From Parcubacteria group bacterium (lineage in GTDB: Bacteria; Patescibacteriota; Minisyncoccia; Phycocordibacterales; Zambryskibacteraceae), in the NCBI GenBank assembly GCA_028286565.1, contig JAQBRH010000004.1:33951-97950 (forward strand): a stretch of DNA of 64,000 nt, written 5' to 3'. Of this stretch, positions 57,572 through 64,000 are shown in pieces (within the stretch, counting starts at the first letter, position 1; each line of letters opens with the position of its first letter). Position numbers and translations under genes: made by a program. The notes below the pieces were generated by a model that was not told where the DNA came from, did not search any database, and saw nothing but the letters and a program-made list of their open reading frames with translations.

Positions 57572-57693
57572 AGAGGAGACACTCTTTCCAAGTCTCGCCC
57601 CGCATCACTGCGGGGCTTCTTTGTATCCATATAGACAAACTCGTATGGGGCGAGTACTATCCTCGAGAGATCGTTCACCCTAGCCCCCCGCTC

Positions 57694-58068
57694 ATGTCCA
57701 CGAAAATACACGGCTCGATCGTCCGTACGCTCTACGCGAATGCGCACTCCGTCGGAGTCAACGTCTTTATGGATCAGCAATACAAATACGGCTTCGAATT
57801 CGTCATTCGCGAAACCGGCGAGAGGATCCTCCGAACAAAGCCGTTTCTCCTGAGCCAACATGTGACAGCCTGGATAGTGAACGACTTCCTTACACAGGTG
57901 CGGCTCGGCGTAGAAAAGAAGTGCGCCGAACAAGGGATACGCCCTTACACTCACTTCGGAGTCGGCGCCTTCGATGTCCTTGATGAGCTGGCGATCGAAG
58001 GGCTGTACTTCGACGCTGTCCAGCAGCTCGTCCAGGGCGCAAACTCGACTGCTTCGCAGCCCGCCTGA
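57694..58068 (+). CDS. Hypothetical protein
   Basis: In frame with the long listed ORF 57334..58068, but the upstream part has an atypical Pro/Arg/Gly-rich composition. ATG 57694 chosen; start uncertain. Confidence 0.4.
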   Translation: MSTKIHGSIVRTLYANAHSVGVNVFMDQQYKYGFEFVIRETGERILRTKPFLLSQHVTAWIVNDFLTQVRLGVEKKCAEQGIRPYTHFGVGAFDVLDELAIEGLYFDAVQQLVQGANSTASQPA

Positions 58069-58069
58069 T

Positions 58070-58100
58070 CGTCCGAACTTCGGTTCGGCTTTTTTATTTT
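58070..58100. terminator. Bidirectional rho-independent terminator
   Basis: CCGAAC-TTCG-GTTCGG followed by CTTTTTTATTTTT. Confidence 0.65.
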
Positions 58101-58143
58101 TATAAAGAAAAAGACCCGAACATTGTGCTCGGGCCTACGGCGG

Positions 58144-58455
58144 TCAGAGGAAGGCGTACCTGTTGAATATCTCCGCCCAGAAGGGTCCTTTGTTGAAGAC
58201 GGGCTGGATCACCCCATCTTCCCCTCTCTTCACGGACATGGCGAGCACTTCGCGCGTCTCCGTGAGCGTCAGATTAGGGACACAGAGTGCGTGGATCATG
58301 TCACCGGGGCGAAGTTCGATCGCCACAGCCCTCGGGAGCCACACGACGAATCCGTCGAGATCCTTGATGGAGGCCTCCTCACCGTCGATCCTGAGGGAGT
58401 GAATCTCGAACCTCACCTTGACCACAGAAACAGAATTGCAGGCAACGATTTTCAT
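58144..58455 (-). CDS. Hypothetical small beta-rich protein (TOBE/PRC-barrel-like?)
   Basis: Start re-placed at ATG 58455 (MKIVACNSVSVVKVRFEI...). Weak similarity only. Confidence 0.4.
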   Translation of the reverse strand: MKIVACNSVSVVKVRFEIHSLRIDGEEASIKDLDGFVVWLPRAVAIELRPGDMIHALCVPNLTLTETREVLAMSVKRGEDGVIQPVFNKGPFWAEIFNRYAFL

Positions 58456-58821
58456 CGGTCGCACCGGTTCAAGGGAAGAAAAAACGACTCTGGCATGAGA
58501 GTAACACACCAAAAACTACCTGTCAACTGCCCCGCTTCTTCCCTGCCTCGGCTACTTCTTATCCTTGTCTCCCTTTGCCTTCTTCGGCTTCTTTACTTCC
58601 TTGCGTCGCGAATTATTTCCTTTGGCCATAAATTTTTATTTAAAGTTATTGGATAAGTATAGCAAAAAATAACTTATGGCCCGAGCTGTTGGGTTAACCC
58701 GAACTTGGATAATGGATGATTACAGCTCGTTTTATATCACTTCTTCTATATTTCGAAAAACACCATTATCGCAGTTAGCAATCTATATTCGGGTTATTAA
58801 TGCTTACTCTGAAGTTGTGAA

Positions 58822-59127
58822 TTAGGCGTGATTTCTATCTTTAAGTTTAAATACAGAAATTGTAAAAATTACAGCTCCTACAATATCTAGGATGTGCCAA
58901 GTCTCTTTTGAAAAATAGAAAGGTGAAATTGGATTGAAAATAATCATTAAACCAATAAAAATCCAGAACCAGATTTTATTACCTAATTTATTTGACAGAT
59001 ATGCCAAGTACAAGCTGACCCCAGCCACTATCCACCGAAGAACTTGGTAAAAACTATATGGATGTGTACCAAGTGCAAGGATAAGAACTACAGCTACTAT
59101 CAATCTTAGCCCTGTATTTTTTGTCAT
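58822..59127 (-). CDS. Hypothetical membrane protein
   Basis: Start re-placed at ATG 59127 (MTKNTGLRLIVAVVLIL). AT-rich coding. Confidence 0.45.
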   Translation of the reverse strand: MTKNTGLRLIVAVVLILALGTHPYSFYQVLRWIVAGVSLYLAYLSNKLGNKIWFWIFIGLMIIFNPISPFYFSKETWHILDIVGAVIFTISVFKLKDRNHA

Positions 59128-59131
59128 AAGT

Positions 59132-60976
59132 TTATGAGCAGGCGCCCTTATAAAGAATCTCCCCGAGACTTTCAGGAATAACGTTTTGCCAATCTTGTTC
59201 TCCGGAAGAACGCCCCGCATTACCGGAAATATCATAAGCAGTAGAGGACAAGGGTTTTACTCTTCTGCCAGCGCAGTCAATTTCAAGATTTTGCTGCACA
59301 GAAGTCTTAAGATTTGTATCAGTCGACTTTAGCCATAAATCAACTAGACTTCCTTTTGAAAAATCGAGAGTTTCAATGTCGAGTCTATATTCCATCGCAC
59401 CGTTATTAGATAGCATCTTCCACCTATCCATCGTTTGTACATATTTTTTATCGTATCTTAGTGCCCGTTTATATTCACTACTTGCATTTTTATAGTCGCC
59501 CTTATTCAAGTAAGTCGCTGCTCTGTCTGCATATAGTCCAGCCAGTATGAAATCATCATTGGGATTAGTATTTTTTTGATACTGACCTACAAAGTCAGCG
59601 GAGCTCATATTAGGAAAATATTTCTGCCGCAGCCCTTCAAGCAAATCTTTGTCTGAGATATTAGTTAGCTCAGGATACGTGTCCCGTATCTGTTCTAAAC
59701 TCATCAAGAATAGATTGTTGCTAAGCACTACTCCAATAGCCTTGCCGTAATCATCAATGGCATTGTCATAATTTCCGACCTCAATATTTACCTTAGCCCT
59801 ATTCTCATAAGTAGAGTACAGAGAACTGAGCATAGGATTAGCCTGATTTTTCGTAATTGCAGTCGTAAAATCACTGATAGCACCGTAATAGTCTTTCGTA
59901 TAATCTTTAGACAAACCTCTATCATTATAGGCCCCAGCATTATCGGGAGTTAACTCAATAACTTTGTCATAGTAAGGAATAGCATCAGAGTACTGTTTCA
60001 AACTGTAAAAAGATTCTGCGATCTGAGCGTAGGCATCAGTAAAGGTAGGGTCATTTTTAATAGAATTCTGGAAGTGTTTAAGCGCGACTGCATTTACCTT
60101 GTCCCTGAATCCACCCGAACCTGAGACGTCAGCCCATGCGGCTTTCGTCAAAAAAGTACCTTTTTGCGCAGTTCTTCCAAGAAGAAATTCAACCAAGGCA
60201 GAGCCTGGATTAAGCTTCAACGCTTGCTGGAGGTCATCAAGGGTTGGAGAAAAATATTTTTCATCGTATGAGGTAAAGGTGCTATAAAATAAACCTCTAA
60301 ACATGTAGGCCAGATAGTCATTTGGGTAATGATTTACAAGAGTATCTAAATCAGTTTTTTGCAAAGCAGTCGGGTTAGAAACTTCTTCTGGTTTTACTCC
60401 GCCTGTATTAAACATGTCCGATGTATCATTCGGATTTATTTTCACACCAATTTCCAGGTCCTTCATAGCTTGACCATAATCCTTAAGAGCCAAATCGGTT
60501 TTTGCTCGCAGACTATAAAGTGAAGCAAGTGAATTTGAAGTTTCAAAAGCAGAATACTTTTTATTTTTAGTTGAAGAATATTTGATTGCTTTGTCTATAT
60601 TATTTTTTATTTCGACATAGTCTGGATCATCGGTCGCAAGTTGAAAAGTCGATTTAAGGGTATATAAAGTAGAAAAGTCTGGGTACTTTACTAAAAGCTT
60701 ATCGATAACACTAACGGCCTCTTCGTTCTTTTTTGAATCTTTTCCATCTTTGGCTAATTCAATGGCAGATAAGACATCCTTGCTTATTTGTTTTTGCTCA
60801 GAGGTTACTGAGTTTTTAATATTGAATTCAGAACTTAATTCAGATAGTCCTATCTTCTCGATAGCTAGACCCTCTGCTTTGACCACATCTGAGTTAGAAA
60901 AAGAGGCTCTGAAAGCAAAGAGGCATCCGACTAACACAATAACTAATCCAATGCCTTTTGCTAAGCTTCGAAACAT
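59132..60976 (-). CDS. Tetratricopeptide (TPR) repeat protein with N-terminal membrane anchor
   Basis: Multiple 34-aa repeats with the W/LG/Y...A...F/Y...A...P pattern (for example AIPYYDKVIELTPDNAGAYNDRG). Start re-placed at ATG 60976. Confidence 0.7.
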   Translation of the reverse strand: MFRSLAKGIGLVIVLVGCLFAFRASFSNSDVVKAEGLAIEKIGLSELSSEFNIKNSVTSEQKQISKDVLSAIELAKDGKDSKKNEEAVSVIDKLLVKYPDFSTLYTLKSTFQLATDDPDYVEIKNNIDKAIKYSSTKNKKYSAFETSNSLASLYSLRAKTDLALKDYGQAMKDLEIGVKINPNDTSDMFNTGGVKPEEVSNPTALQKTDLDTLVNHYPNDYLAYMFRGLFYSTFTSYDEKYFSPTLDDLQQALKLNPGSALVEFLLGRTAQKGTFLTKAAWADVSGSGGFRDKVNAVALKHFQNSIKNDPTFTDAYAQIAESFYSLKQYSDAIPYYDKVIELTPDNAGAYNDRGLSKDYTKDYYGAISDFTTAITKNQANPMLSSLYSTYENRAKVNIEVGNYDNAIDDYGKAIGVVLSNNLFLMSLEQIRDTYPELTNISDKDLLEGLRQKYFPNMSSADFVGQYQKNTNPNDDFILAGLYADRAATYLNKGDYKNASSEYKRALRYDKKYVQTMDRWKMLSNNGAMEYRLDIETLDFSKGSLVDLWLKSTDTNLKTSVQQNLEIDCAGRRVKPLSSTAYDISGNAGRSSGEQDWQNVIPESLGEILYKGACS

Positions 60977-60977
60977 T

Positions 60978-61220
60978 TTATTTTCTATAATAGTTCTTAG
61001 TTCCACTTTTACCCGTATAAGGGTTGTAACTACCCTTACTTGAGTAATTATCGGATTTATAACTATTCGGAGAGGTTTTATAGTAGCTATTTACATAAGT
61101 TCCTGTCGAAGGTTTATAGTACCCATTAACACGAACAGTCTTTGCTTCGACTGAATGAAACGCTCCCAAACCTAGAGCCAGAATCAGAATCAGAAACCCT
61201 ATAAATACTGAATTTTTCAT
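60978..61220 (-). CDS. Small secreted Tyr/Lys/Ser-rich protein
   Basis: Signal peptide, then YYKPSTGTYVNSYYKTSPNSYKSDNYSSKGSYNPYTGKSGTKNYYRK low-complexity repeats. Confidence 0.45.
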   Translation of the reverse strand: MKNSVFIGFLILILALGLGAFHSVEAKTVRVNGYYKPSTGTYVNSYYKTSPNSYKSDNYSSKGSYNPYTGKSGTKNYYRK

Positions 61221-61360
61221 GGGTTCAATTAATTAACTTATATTCACTATAGACCCCATTCAAAGTAAAGCAAGTCAAGTCAGAACCCGTCCTAATTCTT
61301 TCCTCTTTTCAAAATTTCAAGCAGAGCTCGACGCACTAACGTCACGTAGGCTAGGAGTTG

Positions 61361-61837
61361 TTAAATTCTCCTAGCCACAGTACTGTTCTCATTTTTCAAT
61401 TCAATTTCTAGGAGCTGTTTTCTTTTAATTGATAACTCCAAATCAATTCTTGCTCTTAATTCTTGAGCGATAACTGGCACATAATTTTGAAACGTAAGAA
61501 ATCCAATTCCAGCTTCTTCACAGTGTTTCCTAACATCAATATCACGTTTTTTTGTCTTCGGATTATTATGAGATTCCCCATTTAATTCAATTGCTAGTAA
61601 TGGCTCGAGCGTGCTGATATCAAAGAGTGCAAAATCCACAGACCATCGACTTACGTGCCCTACTGCGTATTTAATTTTTCCAATATACGATCCGTAGACT
61701 GGAGCAATTAATTTCTCGACATGAACTTGTGGGACCAACAGATAATCATTTCCAACTGCCAATTTTAGCTCCTTATACAGAATTCGCTCATTTGTATTTA
61801 GAAGAGGTTTTTGTCTTTTAAACTTCGGTTCAAACAT
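61361..61837 (-). CDS. DUF2726-like protein (PD-(D/E)xK nuclease-related fold)
   Basis: VDFALFD...LAIELNGESH core resembling the DUF2726/NERD-like restriction-endonuclease fold. Confidence 0.5.
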   Translation of the reverse strand: MFEPKFKRQKPLLNTNERILYKELKLAVGNDYLLVPQVHVEKLIAPVYGSYIGKIKYAVGHVSRWSVDFALFDISTLEPLLAIELNGESHNNPKTKKRDIDVRKHCEEAGIGFLTFQNYVPVIAQELRARIDLELSIKRKQLLEIELKNENSTVARRI

Positions 61838-61856
61838 ATATTATGGCCATGCCTAT

Positions 61857-62270
61857 TTAAACTACATAACTCGTATCTTCTTCAAAGAACCCGTACATCA
61901 CGACCCCCGCAGCAATGATTGAAGATACCGCAGCTAATATTGTCCAGACAAGATTTAATTGATTGATTATAGAGATAAGAAGTGAAAAAGTTGAGATGAC
62001 TACAACCAGGGCGGCTAAAATCATAGAGACAATCTTTTTATGACTTGGGGCGACCCTGGAACCATAATACACGCAAGCGGCCGCACTAATTGCCGAAGAG
62101 AATATCCAGTAGTTTATTTTAGCCCAACCCGAGTCAGGGCCAACTCCAGTGAGCCACTGTTGCAAGGAAAAGAAAACATTTGCCAACATACCTCCCAATA
62201 CATAGGTTAGTCCTGCTGTAGGTAAAACAGCTACCCATCGACCTACTACTTTAAGAGTATGTGTGGACAT
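61857..62270 (-). CDS. Hypothetical membrane protein
   Basis: 137 aa, four hydrophobic helices. Confidence 0.45.
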   Translation of the reverse strand: MSTHTLKVVGRWVAVLPTAGLTYVLGGMLANVFFSLQQWLTGVGPDSGWAKINYWIFSSAISAAACVYYGSRVAPSHKKIVSMILAALVVVISTFSLLISIINQLNLVWTILAAVSSIIAAGVVMYGFFEEDTSYVV

Positions 62271-62367
62271 GTTTTTATATTTATAGCTTAATATCTACTT
62301 TACACCTACTTAACTTTTATACAAAATCACACCCTTTTGTGTCCCGCCTAGCAAACAGCCAGAAATT

Positions 62368-62766
62368 TTATTTTCTAGGTATTTTAAAAATTCGAAGGTC
62401 CCCCCTCCTTTTCTCATAATCCGGCACAGTCTTCCCCACCAAGGTCCAAAAGGCTGGGGAGTGGTTAAATTCGCCGAGGTGGCAGAGCTCGTGGACGATG
62501 AGGTAGTCCTGAAGGGCGGGCGGGAGGAAGACTACACGATAGTTGAAGTTCAGGTTCCCTTTCTTCGAACAGCTCCCCCACCTCGTCTTGTGGTCCTTGA
62601 TCGCGACCCGGTTGTAGGTGTATCCGTAGAATTGGTTCCAATATTCCAACCTCTCCTTCACCAGAGCCCGCGCTTCTTCTCTGTGTTTCAAATAGATGGC
62701 CGTGGGACCTTTTTTCCTTCGCACACGTCTGCGTACTTTTATTCTAAAGATCTTTCGCCAAGGCAT
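62368..62766 (-). CDS. YgjP/DUF45-family zinc metallopeptidase-like protein (M48/WLM-like HExxH)
   Basis: YLIVHELCHLGEFNHSPAFWTLV motif. Confidence 0.6.
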   Translation of the reverse strand: MPWRKIFRIKVRRRVRRKKGPTAIYLKHREEARALVKERLEYWNQFYGYTYNRVAIKDHKTRWGSCSKKGNLNFNYRVVFLPPALQDYLIVHELCHLGEFNHSPAFWTLVGKTVPDYEKRRGDLRIFKIPRK

Positions 62767-62806
62767 GAGCGTACTATTGTATCAGAATTGACATTTCAAA
62801 TTATAT

Positions 62807-63334
62807 GTGACAATGTGTGCCCAGAAGCTCCTATTCCTCCAACCGGAAACTCTCATGCAACAGTTCGGCTACGAAGATGACGAGAAGATGCACGCACGAT
62901 TTTTCCGGCTCCTCAGCGACCCGGACCTCGAGGATGAGCAGGACGAGACAATGTACGATGTGATGAGTCAGATCCAGGATCTGCTCAATGCCTGCTACTG
63001 GCTCGGGATCAATCCTCTGGAAGAACTGAAGAGAATTCTCCCTCAATACGCTTGGAACTACCTGCGATCGAAGGACCTGGACCTCATCAGGGCAGAAGTG
63101 GCCAAGTCGGACCTCATCTGGAGGGTGAACTGGACCGAAGACGGCTTCAAGGGTATTGGAGTGCGCGCCGAGGAGATCCAACTCGTCACCGCCCAACTCA
63201 TCGGGTCATTCAAGGTCCTCGAACACCTGTTCTTCGCCGGCTGGCAGGAGACAGCCGAAGAGTCGACGCCCAAACTCGATTTTGTACGAGAGTTAGGCGG
63301 AGAACCGATATCCTCCTATTACGTGAATACATGA
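62807..63334 (+). CDS. Hypothetical acidic protein
   Basis: 175 aa. Start uncertain. Followed by a hairpin terminator. Confidence 0.4.
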   Translation: MTMCAQKLLFLQPETLMQQFGYEDDEKMHARFFRLLSDPDLEDEQDETMYDVMSQIQDLLNACYWLGINPLEELKRILPQYAWNYLRSKDLDLIRAEVAKSDLIWRVNWTEDGFKGIGVRAEEIQLVTAQLIGSFKVLEHLFFAGWQETAEESTPKLDFVRELGGEPISSYYVNT

Positions 63335-63337
63335 TCC

Positions 63338-63372
63338 CCGCCGACCACTTACCCGGTCGGCTTTTTTTATTC
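63338..63372. terminator. Bidirectional rho-independent terminator
   Basis: CCGCCGACC-ACTTA-CCCGGTCGGC followed by TTTTTTTATTC. Confidence 0.6.
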
Positions 63373-64000
63373 AAAAAATCTTTTTTTTAAGAATTCCGTA
63401 AGGGCCTTCATCTCTTCTTGCTGCGAAGCGAGTTGAGTCGTGTATTTCTCTATTTCTGATTCTGGTATATGCTCCGGCTCTTCTCCTCGTATGGTCACGA
63501 AAAAATGCCCGGACGGCCCTATCCTCATGGTCGTTATCTTCGTTTCTTCTACGGCTTGTCTGTGTTCATAAAAGTCTTCGAGGATCTCTTGAGCCCGCTT
63601 CTCTAATTCTTCGTTCTTTGCGCGGAGCGCGAGGTACTCCGGAGTTTCAGGAACATCGTGTTCGGCAATATAGTCCCAGTACGCCCGTGCCGCTTCCGGG
63701 TTGCCTTCGATCTCTTCGCCTCGATGCCCGTGCTCTGCCCCGATGCGGTCTCGGATCTCTGCTTCGCCTATGTAGCGGGGATGAGGCTCATCGAATCCTA
63801 TGCCCACATACGGATTGATCTTGACCCTCTCTCCAAAGCGCTCTTCCACGTGGCCTTCACAGGAGAGATAGGTGGGGAATTTATTTAAAACAAAAGCGGC
63901 CACGGTTTCCTTTATCCCCGAGTCTATAGGCATCCCGAGCTTATCCGCCACCCGGTCGAGGCGAGCCAGGATATCTTCCCAAAGAGCCAGTTTTTCTGGT
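63367..64000 (-). CDS. Hypothetical acidic protein; 5' end may lie beyond the window (frame open to 64000)
   Basis: The listed ORF starts at GTG 63951, but the frame is open upstream to the window edge. Candidate internal ATG at 63933. Confidence 0.4.
   Translation of the reverse strand, partial: PEKLALWEDILARLDRVADKLGMPIDSGIKETVAAFVLNKFPTYLSCEGHVEERFGERVKINPYVGIGFDEPHPRYIGEAEIRDRIGAEHGHRGEEIEGNPEAARAYWDYIAEHDVPETPEYLALRAKNEELEKRAQEILEDFYEHRQAVEETKITTMRIGPSGHFFVTIRGEEPEHIPESEIEKYTTQLASQQEEMKALTEFLKKRFFE

Noticed and set aside
58552-58629. 25-aa Lys-rich peptide ORF (MAKGNNSRRKEVKKPKKAKGDKDKK) on the minus strand
   Set aside because: It is too short and low-complexity to call, and no RBS is evident. 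It could be a ribosome-associated basic peptide but is unsupported.

Overview
The window is a 64-kb, gene-dense bacterial chromosomal segment. It is mostly ~55-60% GC and has two AT-rich patches. Gene content suggests a small-genome, Patescibacteria/CPR-like organism; this is an inference from gene content only. Standard genetic code appears to be in use, since an RF2 gene is present and genes are tightly packed.

Core genes recognised include:
- RNase J, an ABC-F ATPase, a RsuA/RluB-type pseudouridine synthase and an HI0933-type flavoprotein
- FtsE/FtsX, an ECF sigma factor, RF2, GatC/GatA and LigA
- two MFS transporters
- a complete type IV pilus locus (pilM, N-like, O-like, pilB, a CheY-type receiver, pilT, pilC, major pilin, pilD, three to four pseudopilins) followed by comF
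- a mannose/mannoside cluster (eukaryotic-type phosphomannomutase, cupin, three GH130/DUF377 domains) with an MliC-like lysozyme inhibitor
- tRNAs: Gln(CTG), Thr(CGT), Thr(GGT), Met/Ile2(CAT), and an Asp(GTC)-like tRNA with an odd T-loop

The most unusual region is 20.4-29.9 kb. It holds about 20 small, mostly co-oriented (minus-strand), AT-rich single-gene units. They encode VOC/glyoxalase, NUDIX, isochorismatase, a SAM methyltransferase, a DEDDh exonuclease, DoxX, a truncated sigma-70 fragment and many tiny membrane proteins. Each unit is separated from the next by a conserved GC-rich repeat of ~30-45 nt: (gaatatcacgag)CTGGCCCTGTGGnACGAAGTTGGAACcttttt. There are 14 copies. The repeat sits exactly in the stop-to-start gap. 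The array ends at a tRNA-Gln gene surrounded by direct and inverted copies of its own 3' end. This looks like an integron-like cassette array with a non-canonical repeat. No integrase and no canonical attC cores are visible in the window.

A second AT-rich island lies at 58.6-62.4 kb (TPR protein, Tyr/Lys-rich secreted peptide, DUF2726 nuclease-like protein).

Many of the listed long ORFs on the opposite strand of GC-rich genes are shadow ORFs and were not called.

The ORF track translates GTG/TTG starts as M. Several starts were therefore re-placed at internal ATGs.
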